Assembly: GCA_045589175.1 (NCBI GenBank) | Contig: JAZNFS010000033.1 | Coordinates: 90,734 to 154,733 of the forward strand | DNA from: Christensenellaceae bacterium | Lineage (GTDB): Bacteria > Bacillota > Clostridia > Christensenellales > Borkfalkiaceae | DNA length: 64,000 nucleotides | Direction of reading: 5' to 3' | Shown here: positions 42,846-53,125 of the stretch, piece after piece | Layout of the letters: every line of letters begins with the position of its first letter | Numbering within the stretch: position 1 is the stretch's first letter | Notes under the pieces: model-generated | Seen by the model: only the letters and a program-made list of their open reading frames with translations | Told to the model about the DNA's origin: nothing | Databases searched by the model: none | Program-made: the position numbers and the translations under genes

Positions 42846-43829
42846 ATGAACGAACAAATAATGCAAAGCATTTTGCAAAAAATTAAAGATTACCAAAGTA
42901 TAATGATATTCCGCCATATTCGTATGGATGGTGACTGTACTGGCGCAACAAAGGGCTTTAAGGATATTTTAACCGCATCTTTTCCCGAAAAAGACGTTTA
43001 TTTAATTGACCCAAGCCAAAGTAGCGAATTTTTAGCCTTTTTAGGTAGCGATGATGAAGACGTAAGCGACGAAATTTATGCAAAATCGCTTGCTATAGTT
43101 TTAGATACCGCTTCGCTTGACAGAATTTCTAATAAAAAATACGCCCTTTGCAAAGAGATTATAAAAATAGACCACCATATCAATATCACGCCCTACGGTG
43201 ATTTAAGTTGGGTTGAAGAAGAGCGCTCTTCTACTTGCGAAATGATAACTCATTTTTACAAAACCTTTAAAGATGAGCTTAAAATAACTAAAGAGGGAGC
43301 AAAATATCTTTTCACAGGTATGGTAACCGATTCTGGCCGTTTTAGATATCGTGAAGTTTCGGGCGAAACCATGCGACTTGCCGGCTTTTTATTAGATACG
43401 GGCATCGATACCGATACACTTTACGCACACCTTTATATGCAAACTAAAGAAAGTATGATTTATAAAGGCTATATTTTAAAAAATATGAAGGTAACCGAAA
43501 ACGGCGTTGCTTACTTTTACGTATCAAACAAAACTCAAGAAAAACTTGGTTTATCGCGCGAAGATGCAAGCGCCGGTGTTTCAGCTCTTGAAAATATTGA
43601 AAACTGCTTGATTTGGATTGCTTTTATTGAAAACGAAGATAAATCAATCCGTGTGCGCCTACGCTCACGCTTTATAACTGTTAACGATATAGCCGAAAAA
43701 TATCACGGTGGTGGGCATTCTTGCGCGAGTGGAGCAACCGTTTATAGCAAAAAAGAACTAAAAGCCTTAATTGACGACGCTGACGCTAAACTAAAAGAAT
43801 ATAAAGAAAATAACGAGGGCTGGCTATGA
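42846..43829 (+). CDS. Second DHH-family phosphoesterase (NrnA paralog)
   Basis: DHH motifs FRHIRMDGDCTG and IDHH, plus GGGHSCASGA. Shares TGMVTDSGRFRY with the upstream nrnA. Confidence 0.75.
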   Translation: MNEQIMQSILQKIKDYQSIMIFRHIRMDGDCTGATKGFKDILTASFPEKDVYLIDPSQSSEFLAFLGSDDEDVSDEIYAKSLAIVLDTASLDRISNKKYALCKEIIKIDHHINITPYGDLSWVEEERSSTCEMITHFYKTFKDELKITKEGAKYLFTGMVTDSGRFRYREVSGETMRLAGFLLDTGIDTDTLYAHLYMQTKESMIYKGYILKNMKVTENGVAYFYVSNKTQEKLGLSREDASAGVSALENIENCLIWIAFIENEDKSIRVRLRSRFITVNDIAEKYHGGGHSCASGATVYSKKELKALIDDADAKLKEYKENNEGWL

Positions 43830-44551
43830 GAATACTTATAACCAACGACGACGGTATAAACGCTCCCGCGCTTAAACCGCTTGCTAAGTGGGCTAAAAAA
43901 CACGGCGAAGTTACTGTGGTTGCTCCAAAGGTTGAACAAAGCGGAAAGAGTCACGGCATTGAAATTATAAAGGCAATGGAAATTAAAAAGGTTGAATTTA
44001 CTAGTGGCATTGAAGCTTATTCGGTTGATTCTACCCCTGCCGATTGCGTAAGATTTGGTATTATCGGGCTTAAGCGCGATTACGATTTGGTTATTTCGGG
44101 CATAAATCGCGGATATAATTTAGGCAAAGATATTGTTTATTCGGGTACTATTGGCGCAATTTTTGAGGCAAGCGGACTTGGTATTAAATCGGTGGCGCTT
44201 TCTACCGCACCCGATAGTTTAGATAATGCTCTTTCACTTTTAGATGAAGTTTATGAGTTTTTTGTTTACAATAAATTGCTTGATAAAAACCCAATTTATA
44301 ACGTAAACTTACCAAGTTTAAAATGTAAAGGAATTAAAATTACTAAAACCGGTGGCGGTTATTATTCTGATGATTTTAAAGAAGTTTCGCCTAATATGTT
44401 CGTCCAAGTTGGAAAAATGATTTGGGATGATAAAAACGATATGAATATTGATACCGATGCCACAATGCACGGTTACGTATCGATTACTCCCCTTTCTAGT
44501 GAACGCACTGAAATTAGAGTGTATAACGAGCTAAAAGTTTTAAACGATTAA
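43826..44551 (+). CDS. surE: 5'/3'-nucleotidase SurE
   Basis: MRILITNDDGINAPAL signature. Confidence 0.9.
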   Translation: MRILITNDDGINAPALKPLAKWAKKHGEVTVVAPKVEQSGKSHGIEIIKAMEIKKVEFTSGIEAYSVDSTPADCVRFGIIGLKRDYDLVISGINRGYNLGKDIVYSGTIGAIFEASGLGIKSVALSTAPDSLDNALSLLDEVYEFFVYNKLLDKNPIYNVNLPSLKCKGIKITKTGGGYYSDDFKEVSPNMFVQVGKMIWDDKNDMNIDTDATMHGYVSITPLSSERTEIRVYNELKVLND

Positions 44552-44720
44552 TCTCTTTTAATTAAATATTATAGCACGGTAGAATATCGTTATGGTCAAA
44601 TGATAAACTACCGTGCTTTTTTATTGTTTTGGTTGTTATATTTTTTTTGAGACCTTTCGACTGACGCTCAAGGTGACATTACAATGCTCAACATGACAAA
44701 AGAAAAAGCGCGGTGTATAA

Positions 44721-44772
44721 CGCTTTCTCCTTCCACCGCTAAAGCGGTCCCCCTTCCTCCCAGAGGACGGCT
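44721..44772 (+). repeat. GC-rich repeat, type B copy 3 (followed by TTTTTT)
   Basis: CGCTTTCTCCTTCCACCGCTAAAGCGGTCCCCCTTCCTCCCAGAGGACGGCT. Confidence 0.6.
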
Positions 44773-44797
44773 TTTTTGGGGGTGGCATTATAAAAGA

Positions 44798-44830
44798 AAA
44801 AAGCAAGTGCGGTTGGGCACTTGCTTTTTG
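44798..44830. terminator. Bidirectional intrinsic terminator
   Basis: AGCAAGTGCGGTTGGGCACTTGCT flanked by A- and T-runs. Confidence 0.6.
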
Positions 44831-44869
44831 AGTTTTTATTTGTAATAACTTTTAGCTTTTTACAAAATC

Positions 44870-47800
44870 TTAGTAGTAAATAACTTCGATTGCTGTTATT
44901 CTAGCTTGACCGTTCGTTGCACTACCTGTATTGCCTACGCCAAAGGTTGTTGTTGTTGCATTAACTGTTACAACTGTTCCGCTAGTAATATTGCTACCAT
45001 TATGTGTTAAACAGCCACTGTTGTTTACTACATATGTAATTTTTACTGATTTAATAGTTTTACCATTAGCTGCACTTATTGTAAGTTCTGCAGATTCAGA
45101 TTGATATAAACGCCAGTTTGTGCCAGATGTATAGTATTTACCACTATTGCCGCCACCGTTTACTGTAACACTAATATTATTATCCATTGTCATGGTTGTA
45201 TATTGTGTACCATTCTCCCAACCATTTGCACTAGCATAATTAGCAATTGAAACAGTTATTTCTGTTTCTTGTACGCCAGCTTGCTTTCCACATACACAAC
45301 TACCACTTGATAAGTCGTGTTCTTCAGTTTCTAACGGAGCATTACAAATTGAACATGGCTTCCAGTGGTTACTATCATCAGAACCCCAAGTACTTGAAGC
45401 AACGCATTCATGTTTATCAATATCTAGTAATGTACAACCATTAAATTCAATAGTTGCATAATAGTTTAATATTTTACCAGTAGCAGTAATTGTATCGCCA
45501 ACAGAAACTCTATCAATACCATCACCAGCTAATTTATAACATTTAACTACATAATCACTATGATTTAAAATTTTAATATCAACAGTAATACTAGTTGCAT
45601 TTGGTGTATATGCATAGCTAATATTATCAACTACACCAACTAAAGTAACTTGATTAGGATAAGTTGTTGTATTATTATTTTTATCAGCAATTGCAAATAT
45701 GTCAGCTAACAAATCGCCAGTTGCTATAGTTTCTTTGTGTGATTCATCATTTCCACAAACACGAACGTGAGTGTCGTTTTCTGCAGGAGTCCATGCGCCA
45801 TATTTGTGACCTAAAGCAGGAGCTAAAACTTTTTCACATACTTCACATTTTTGAGCTGTTTCACAAGTAGCAGCCGCACCAGGAGTATGAGCTACCTTTT
45901 CATCTGCAAGATCACTACATACTGTACAAGCGTGCCAATGGTTGTCACCGTCTGATGACCAATCTTCTGAAGCGGTGTGACCAGTTTCAGGAACCTCATC
46001 TTTGTGTTTAGTTGATTGGCAACCTTCAAAGTTACAATGGTAAACAGTATAACCAGCTTCTGTACAAGTAGGAGCAACAGTTTCGCCCTTTACTGAGAAA
46101 TCACAAGTGTGTGATAATGCACGACAAGTTGTACATTTGTTATCTGCGCCGTAAACGTGAGCTTCTTTTTCAGTTGCAGGGTTACCGCAAGTTTCACATG
46201 CGTGCCAGTGACCTTCGCCATCGCTTGACCATTCAGCTGAAGCAACGTGATCAGCTAAAGGAAGTTCTTCTGTGCTAACTGTTTCGCCACAGTCATCACA
46301 AACAACAGTTATTGAGCCAGCTTCTGTGCAAGTAGCATCTTCTTGAGTTGTAGTAGTTTCAGCATGTGCACAAGGAATAACTTCGCCATAGAACTTACAA
46401 TAGAAACCTTCGTATGAAACTTTGCAAGGACCTACTGTTGTATACTTTTGATCGTTTCTTGTACCAAACCAGTAATCTTCATCATTAACTACAGCGATAA
46501 GAGTTTGCTTTTCTGAATCATATCTGTAAACAGTTGAAGCAGTTGCTTCGTAAGCACCATTTACATGCGTTCCGCTAACTACACAGTTAATATATAATTT
46601 TGATTCACCATTTAAAGTGTATAAGTAGTAACCACCTTCTGTAGCTTCAAGATATACGTCAATAGCTGCTTCTACGTTTTCAGTAGTAGCTAAATAGTAA
46701 CTATTCATACCACCAGCTAGGTAGTACATCTTGTCATCAAGATTGCCTTGAGCCATACCAAACTTGTATGCAGTTCCTACTACTGGAGCTTTAATTAAAC
46801 CAAATTCAGGAGCTTTATGCTCAAAAGCAATAATTGTTGCATTTTTGAATTGAATTGCATCGTTATAAGTGCTTAATTCACCATATAAGTAAACAATATC
46901 ACCAGCAACTGGTTTGAATGTCATATCAGCATAACCAACACCGCGTGGATCGTAAGAACCGTAAACAGTTACTTTTAATTGACGGTTTTCATCGGTTACA
47001 TACATGTTACCATATTGTGCATTGTAAACTTCGGTAACAGTAACTTTTGCAAAGAATTTGCCCGCTGGAACTTCTGTGAATGCAGCGATATCAGCAAGAT
47101 CTGTAGGTGCTGTAAATGAAACGATATCAGCATTCTTCATTTGAGCTGTACCGTTGTATTGACCCATAGGACCAACAACTTTTACGTAATCACCAACAAC
47201 TGGTTTGCTTTCCATTTCACCGTATTTCTTGCCGTTACCATCGTATAAACCGTAAATGTAAAGTTTATCGCCGTTGCCATCCATAATGTACATATTGCCG
47301 TATTGTGCACTTGCAATTTCAACAACAACACCTTCTGCGATGTATTTATCAGCAGTGTAAACGTTATGTGCTTGTGCAGAACCAATAGCATTAAGTTCTT
47401 TAATAGCTGTAGTAAATTTGTTTAATTCAACTTTAAATGATTTAGTTGCAGTTTCACCGTTTAAAGTAGCAGTTGCAACTAAAGTAACAGTTGTTTTTCC
47501 CTCAGGAAGAGTGAATGTTGCAGTACCTTCAGCGTTATCAATAACAACTGCATCTGATTCAGATGCCCAAGTAAATGTAACTTCTGGGAATAAAGAACCA
47601 ACCATTGTTAAGTTAACAACTTTATCACTATTTAAACTTTCAACACATTCAAGAGCTTCTAATTCGAAAGCAACTCTGCCTGCATCGTCTAATTCAGCAG
47701 CGGTAATGTAACGGAAGATAGTTGTAGAGAAGCCATCAACTGTGATAGTAGCTGTTAAGCAAGCTCTTTCCATATTGCCAGGGTTGATAACTAAGTTGCC

Positions 47801-49321
47801 TTGGTCAATAGCAAAAGATCTTGGTGTACCGATGATGCGGTAAGAAACTTCGCAACCTTCAAGTTCAGCAGGAAGATTTACGTTTTTAGCAAGTGCAACA
47901 ACTGCTGCATCTAAACCGTTTTCAGCAATAATAGCATCGATAGCAGCAACAGCCTTAGCAGCTGTTTTACCAGCGTAAACGGTGCCTTCTGGGTCAGCAG
48001 TGCCACCTTTAACAACTGCGCTTGCGCTTAATGGAGCGATTTGGTGACCTTTGTAGTTACCTAAAATACCTGTTACAGATACTACGTCGCCAACTTGTAA
48101 AGAGCTTTGTAAGCCGATAAGAGCTGAACAAGTAGCATCGCTTGTTTTATATGCGTATGCGCCTTCGTAATATTTTGAAATAACAACAGGAACGTCAACA
48201 CCGCCCTTTGTAAGAACGAATAAAGTTTGAGTTCCGCTTGATAAATCAGGAGTATCTTTAATTTCTTTTACAGTCCAGTTAGTAAGTGATACTAATCTTG
48301 ATTGATTGTAGTATGCAGATTGTAAGTTACCGATAATGTCGTTATCAACAGCGTAAACCTTTTCGCTTACGTTGATAGGAGCAACGTCGGTATCAACAAC
48401 TAAATTACCACCGGCGTTAGTTTCCATAAGGCCGTTGTAATCGGTGTTAATTGTTTCGGTAACGGTGATGTGAACGCCTGGTTGTAATAATGCTGCGTTT
48501 GCATCGTCTGTTTTAACGCGGTATAAGTAGTAACCAGCAGTGAAATCATCGTTAACCATATAAAGAGTTACGTTTTTGTATTCATCACTATATACTGTAC
48601 CGATTGTTACAACGTAACCACTCATAACGATACCTACACCGGTGTTAGTGTACCAATAGTCAACTTCTTGTAAAGGTTCTTTTTGTTCAGAAACAGTCAT
48701 TCTGTAGCTCTTGGTAGTGCTTACGCCGTTGTATGTGAAAGTAGCGTTAATTTTTACTTGTGGGTTAAGTGATGATGGGTAAACGTAGCAAGTTTTACCG
48801 TCTTCACTGATTTCAAGATAGTTTGCATATTCTTCGTCAACCGACCAAGCGATAGTAGCAGTGTGACCTTTAAATTCGCAAGAAGTATCAAGCGCGAAGT
48901 CTTCAACTACGGTGCCGTTGTTGTTAACAAAGTTGTAAGAACCACTAAAATCGTAAACGCTTAATGGATTAACGTAAACGGTAAAGGTTTTAGAAATTCT
49001 TTTAGATTTGAATAAAACTGTAAGGTCAACTTCCGTTCTTTCGGTAGGTAAACCAACTTTTGCAACGTATTGTCTTTCAATTCCATTTTCTTTGTCTGCT
49101 TCTACTTCTGTTAACGTAATTAAATCGCTATTAGAAGACCAGGTAGCTTTAAATTCGCCAATTGTGCCTGGAAGAACAAAGTCTTCTGAAATCGTTTGAC
49201 CATCTTTTTCAAAGATGTACATATCCAATGTTGCTTGAGGGTCTGTTTTGCTACAAGCTACTAAGCCGAAGCAAGAAAGAGCAAGAACAAGCGATAGGAT
49301 GACAAGTAGGGTTTTCTTCAT
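44870..49321 (-). CDS. 1483-aa surface lipoprotein with multiple OB-fold (nucleic-acid-binding-like) modules and Cys-rich HWHxCxxC repeats
   Basis: Lipobox LVAC. Repeated segments of the type AQYGNMY..DG....YG.Y...VGD.V.V.G....YN...Q.KNA resemble OB modules. SDGxxHWHACxxC occurs three times. Confidence 0.55.
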   Translation of the reverse strand: MKKTLLVILSLVLALSCFGLVACSKTDPQATLDMYIFEKDGQTISEDFVLPGTIGEFKATWSSNSDLITLTEVEADKENGIERQYVAKVGLPTERTEVDLTVLFKSKRISKTFTVYVNPLSVYDFSGSYNFVNNNGTVVEDFALDTSCEFKGHTATIAWSVDEEYANYLEISEDGKTCYVYPSSLNPQVKINATFTYNGVSTTKSYRMTVSEQKEPLQEVDYWYTNTGVGIVMSGYVVTIGTVYSDEYKNVTLYMVNDDFTAGYYLYRVKTDDANAALLQPGVHITVTETINTDYNGLMETNAGGNLVVDTDVAPINVSEKVYAVDNDIIGNLQSAYYNQSRLVSLTNWTVKEIKDTPDLSSGTQTLFVLTKGGVDVPVVISKYYEGAYAYKTSDATCSALIGLQSSLQVGDVVSVTGILGNYKGHQIAPLSASAVVKGGTADPEGTVYAGKTAAKAVAAIDAIIAENGLDAAVVALAKNVNLPAELEGCEVSYRIIGTPRSFAIDQGNLVINPGNMERACLTATITVDGFSTTIFRYITAAELDDAGRVAFELEALECVESLNSDKVVNLTMVGSLFPEVTFTWASESDAVVIDNAEGTATFTLPEGKTTVTLVATATLNGETATKSFKVELNKFTTAIKELNAIGSAQAHNVYTADKYIAEGVVVEIASAQYGNMYIMDGNGDKLYIYGLYDGNGKKYGEMESKPVVGDYVKVVGPMGQYNGTAQMKNADIVSFTAPTDLADIAAFTEVPAGKFFAKVTVTEVYNAQYGNMYVTDENRQLKVTVYGSYDPRGVGYADMTFKPVAGDIVYLYGELSTYNDAIQFKNATIIAFEHKAPEFGLIKAPVVGTAYKFGMAQGNLDDKMYYLAGGMNSYYLATTENVEAAIDVYLEATEGGYYLYTLNGESKLYINCVVSGTHVNGAYEATASTVYRYDSEKQTLIAVVNDEDYWFGTRNDQKYTTVGPCKVSYEGFYCKFYGEVIPCAHAETTTTQEDATCTEAGSITVVCDDCGETVSTEELPLADHVASAEWSSDGEGHWHACETCGNPATEKEAHVYGADNKCTTCRALSHTCDFSVKGETVAPTCTEAGYTVYHCNFEGCQSTKHKDEVPETGHTASEDWSSDGDNHWHACTVCSDLADEKVAHTPGAAATCETAQKCEVCEKVLAPALGHKYGAWTPAENDTHVRVCGNDESHKETIATGDLLADIFAIADKNNNTTTYPNQVTLVGVVDNISYAYTPNATSITVDIKILNHSDYVVKCYKLAGDGIDRVSVGDTITATGKILNYYATIEFNGCTLLDIDKHECVASSTWGSDDSNHWKPCSICNAPLETEEHDLSSGSCVCGKQAGVQETEITVSIANYASANGWENGTQYTTMTMDNNISVTVNGGGNSGKYYTSGTNWRLYQSESAELTISAANGKTIKSVKITYVVNNSGCLTHNGSNITSGTVVTVNATTTTFGVGNTGSATNGQARITAIEVIYY

Positions 49322-49360
49322 CTTTTTTTTCTCCTTAAATTTGTTTAAAATAAATTTTAA

Positions 49361-50644
49361 TTATTTGATTTGAATATCGGCAAAATTTAAAATTGTTAAT
49401 TCGCCTGAATTTTCTTCATACTGATAGCCTTTCACACTAAACTGCTTGCCTACAGTAAATTCGTTTGTATAATTTGCGGGAACTTCAACGCTAAAGGTGA
49501 AGCTTTCAACTTCTTCCTTTACGCCGTCTTTCATGCGTTTTTGAGCCGTTGCTACAATGGTAAGAGTTGTTCCTTCAATCGACGAACTTACTACCGTTGC
49601 GTCAGTATAAAGGGTATCACTATATTGAGTAAGGTAATTTGTTGATGAATTAAATGTTAAAAGGTAATTTTTTTGAATTGGTGACGTGTGGTCCATTAGG
49701 TTAGCACCGTAAATCACGTCATATAAAATACCTGAAATTTGATAATTACCGTAATGCATTTGGATTGTACCAACTACACGGTATAAATGCCCTATCTTCA
49801 TTTTAGATGCTGCACTTGAAGAATATCCCGCATATACGTCAATCGCATATCTCGTGCCGTTTTCGTCATAATACTCTGCAACAAAAGTGCGAGTTCCGCT
49901 GTTTGAAATTCTTAAATCACAAATACAAGCGGTGAAGCGAACTTTTGAACCAGCTTCGGTTTCAACGTTGTAATATGCTTCCTCGTTATCAAAAAATTGC
50001 TTTAGAGTAATATCTTCGGGGTCGGTAGAGAATAGTGGGTCGTCAAGATCAGAATAAATACGAAGTTTAATTTTTCTTGCAAACGATTCTGCCTTTGCAA
50101 AATAACTGTTATATGGATACTTGTCTGTAGCCATACCGCCGTTTGAGCTAAAACCATTTTCAACCAATTCTAAATTTAGGCACTTAAAGTCGCTATCTTG
50201 TGCGGTTTTATACCATACGTAACCCAAATATCTTGTGCCATAACTATCCTTTTCGGCACGGGGAGCAGTTGCTTCCAATACGATTTCGGTTGCACTTGAT
50301 AAACGGGTTTTGGTAAATAATGATGCCGCTTTGCCCCATTTTTGCACGTTTCCGGTTGATTCGGGCGTGTCAATTTGGTAATATCTAACGGCTATAATAT
50401 TGCCTTGTTCTAATCTAAAACGGGTGGTATCACCGTCGGTATGGGCATCGACTGTTGCTCTGCCTATACCGTCGGTTAAAAATGATTTCCCCTCAAAACT
50501 TTTGTTTAATTTTAAACCAGAGGTGATTTCGTTATAATATTCGGTATTGTCAGCAACTTTTTCTTTTCCGCCATCGCAGGCAAAGAAAACTAAGCTACTT
50601 AACGTTATTAATATTAAAACGATAATCGATAAAATCTTTTTCAT
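49361..50644 (-). CDS. Thermonuclease (SNase) family lipoprotein with C-terminal OB-like domains
   Basis: Lipobox FFAC. The SNase core reads DGDTTRF...IDTPE...GKAAS.F......VLE......D.YGR.LGYV. Confidence 0.7.
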   Translation of the reverse strand: MKKILSIIVLILITLSSLVFFACDGGKEKVADNTEYYNEITSGLKLNKSFEGKSFLTDGIGRATVDAHTDGDTTRFRLEQGNIIAVRYYQIDTPESTGNVQKWGKAASLFTKTRLSSATEIVLEATAPRAEKDSYGTRYLGYVWYKTAQDSDFKCLNLELVENGFSSNGGMATDKYPYNSYFAKAESFARKIKLRIYSDLDDPLFSTDPEDITLKQFFDNEEAYYNVETEAGSKVRFTACICDLRISNSGTRTFVAEYYDENGTRYAIDVYAGYSSSAASKMKIGHLYRVVGTIQMHYGNYQISGILYDVIYGANLMDHTSPIQKNYLLTFNSSTNYLTQYSDTLYTDATVVSSSIEGTTLTIVATAQKRMKDGVKEEVESFTFSVEVPANYTNEFTVGKQFSVKGYQYEENSGELTILNFADIQIK

Positions 50645-50682
50645 TTTCTTAAATTTCTTTTCTTTATTATTTTTATTTGTTC

Positions 50683-52038
50683 TTATTTACCGCCACAGTT
50701 TGTGTATGCGTCAGCTAATGCTTGAGCTGCGGTCTTTTCGCCTCTTAATGCGAATACTAATGCTGTTCCAACTTGTTCACGTGCAGTTGAAGAACCAACG
50801 AATGCAGGTGAAGTGTAGAATCTTGAGCTTAATTCTCTTGCAACGTTTGCAGCTTGTGCAGTAAGTGATTCGGTATCAGCCATGTGAGCTACATAATCTG
50901 GGATATCAAATGTTGATAAACGGCAAGGATTGTAACCAGATGAGATTGAGAATGATGCTTGGAATGTAGGATCTAAAAGTTCCTTCATAAATAACCAAGT
51001 CATAAGTTGTTTTTCTTCGCTGTTAGATACGCCGTGACCATCCTTAAGCATAACTAGTGATGGACCTTGTGAAATAACTGAGTAATCAACTGAACCATCT
51101 TCTAAAGTTGAACCAGGAATTGGAGCAATACCCCATTCAAACTTATCGCCTGGGTCTTGGTGAGATGCACCACCAGATGAACCGATACAGTAAACTAAAC
51201 CGCCATCTTCAACACCCTTTGTGAATAGTGCGCTTGTATATGCGCCGTAGTCTTCTTGAGTTGTGATGTAACCTTCTTTATAGTATCCATTAAGTTGTTC
51301 TAACCAAGCAGTTGTTTCTGGGTTGTTAAATAAGAAGTGGTTTCCTTCTGCACTAGTGTAACCCCAACCGTTTTGTTCACACATTGTGATAAACCAGTTT
51401 GCTTCAGAGTCGTATCCTAAAGGAGTTGCAGTAGGATAAGCTTTTACGATAGTTTCGCATTGTGCCCAAAGTTGATCCCAAGTTGTTGCTACTGGAAGAT
51501 TTAAAGCATCAAGTGCAGTTTTGTTGTAATATAATAATTCGGTTGACTTAACAAATGGTAGAGTTAACATAGATTCTGCAGTGTAACCATTAGCTGCATA
51601 ACCAGCATAGTTAGTTGCATAACCTTCGTTATAGTAACCTGGAACGAAGTCTTGAACTTCTGTTGCAGTATAACCGTGTTCTGCACTTGAAATAAACTGG
51701 CTAAGATCAACTACCTTGCCGGTTTGAATGTATTGTGCAACGTGGTCTGGATAGCAGTATGCTAAGTCTGGTTGGTTTTGACCTTGGAAATCTGAAACGA
51801 TTTTTGACTTTACTTCGTCGTAGCCACCTGGTTGAGAGTGTTCTACCTTCCAACCTGGATATTTAGCTGTAAATGAAGCAATAGCGTTTGCAGTAACCTT
51901 TTGAAGTGCGTCACCTTGTGTTGAGTAGAAGAAGATGGTGTGTTCATAATCAACTGGTTCTTCAGTTTTACCACAAGCAGCCATTGTGCTAAAAAGCATA
52001 ACTACGAACATTAATGTTGCTAAAAGTTTGTTTTTCAT
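50683..52038 (-). CDS. ABC transporter substrate-binding lipoprotein (family 1 / CUT1 type)
   Basis: Lipobox MAAC. 451-aa solute-binding fold. Confidence 0.75.
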   Translation of the reverse strand: MKNKLLATLMFVVMLFSTMAACGKTEEPVDYEHTIFFYSTQGDALQKVTANAIASFTAKYPGWKVEHSQPGGYDEVKSKIVSDFQGQNQPDLAYCYPDHVAQYIQTGKVVDLSQFISSAEHGYTATEVQDFVPGYYNEGYATNYAGYAANGYTAESMLTLPFVKSTELLYYNKTALDALNLPVATTWDQLWAQCETIVKAYPTATPLGYDSEANWFITMCEQNGWGYTSAEGNHFLFNNPETTAWLEQLNGYYKEGYITTQEDYGAYTSALFTKGVEDGGLVYCIGSSGGASHQDPGDKFEWGIAPIPGSTLEDGSVDYSVISQGPSLVMLKDGHGVSNSEEKQLMTWLFMKELLDPTFQASFSISSGYNPCRLSTFDIPDYVAHMADTESLTAQAANVARELSSRFYTSPAFVGSSTAREQVGTALVFALRGEKTAAQALADAYTNCGGK

Positions 52039-52148
52039 GTGTTACTTCCTTCCTAAAAAAAATTTTTATTTTTGTTAACGCACTTTCGTGCGATTTAACC
52101 TTTAATTGTTTTGTGCGCCTTTACACGCGCGTTATTCTATAATAAGGC

Positions 52149-53114
52149 TTAACCCTTTGTTCCACTCTTTGATACGCCGTGCATAATGTATTTACGGCAG
52201 AAGATGAATAGTACAAACAATGGAAGTGATACTATACATACCGCCGCCATTTTTAAAGTGTTAAGAGGTTCGCTTCCGTAGTCACCACCGTAAATCAAAC
52301 CATCTTTATCGGTAAATCCGCCGGTAACCCAGTTGGTTATCATTTGCCACTTATCCATATTTACAAGACGAGGCCAAATGTATGAGTTCCACGTTCCTAT
52401 AAACTTTAAAAGAGTTATTGATATTAAGGTTGGTGCTGTTAACGGAACCATTACCTTAATTAAATAGCCCATATCGGAAAGCCCGTCAACCTTTGCTGCC
52501 TGGTATAGCGAATTTGGTATTTGCATAAAGTTGTTTCTCATAAGGTAAATATAATATACGCTTACTAAAAAAGGAACTATTAAAACGGTGTAAGTATCCT
52601 GCCAATGAAGTTTTGATATAGTTAAGTAGTTAGTAATGGTGTACATTTCGCCCGGTATCATCATCGTGCCAAGCATTATTGAGAATAGTAAGTTTTTGCC
52701 CTTAAAATCCATTCTTGCTAATGCGTATGCCGTGATTATTATTATCACCAAGCCTATTATAGTGGAGGTGAAACCTACTACCAATGTGTTAACTAAAATT
52801 TGTGCAAAGCTCGTTCCACTTGAAGAGCCTTCGGTTTGGTTTAAAACCATTGAATAGTTTTCCCACATTGCCTTTTCTGGAAAGAACGATGAGGTTGGAT
52901 CGCGGTATTCAGGCTCGCTCTTTATAGATGATATAAACATCCAAAAGAAGGGTAAAAATGCAAGAATAGCGCAGATTGAAAGAAAGAAATAAACAAAAAT
53001 ATTTTTAATTATTTTTTGTATTCTTTGCTTTTTATATTCCTTCTCGATATCGAAAATGGGGTTTTCTTGTGGTAGAGATGAATTTTCAGAAATGTTTTTA
53101 ATATTATCTTCCAT
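52149..53114 (-). CDS. Carbohydrate-type ABC transporter permease (MalG/UgpE-like)
   Basis: Six TM segments and an EAA-like loop. Confidence 0.8.
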   Translation of the reverse strand: MEDNIKNISENSSLPQENPIFDIEKEYKKQRIQKIIKNIFVYFFLSICAILAFLPFFWMFISSIKSEPEYRDPTSSFFPEKAMWENYSMVLNQTEGSSSGTSFAQILVNTLVVGFTSTIIGLVIIIITAYALARMDFKGKNLLFSIMLGTMMIPGEMYTITNYLTISKLHWQDTYTVLIVPFLVSVYYIYLMRNNFMQIPNSLYQAAKVDGLSDMGYLIKVMVPLTAPTLISITLLKFIGTWNSYIWPRLVNMDKWQMITNWVTGGFTDKDGLIYGGDYGSEPLNTLKMAAVCIVSLPLFVLFIFCRKYIMHGVSKSGTKG

Positions 53115-53125
53115 ATTGCACCTCC

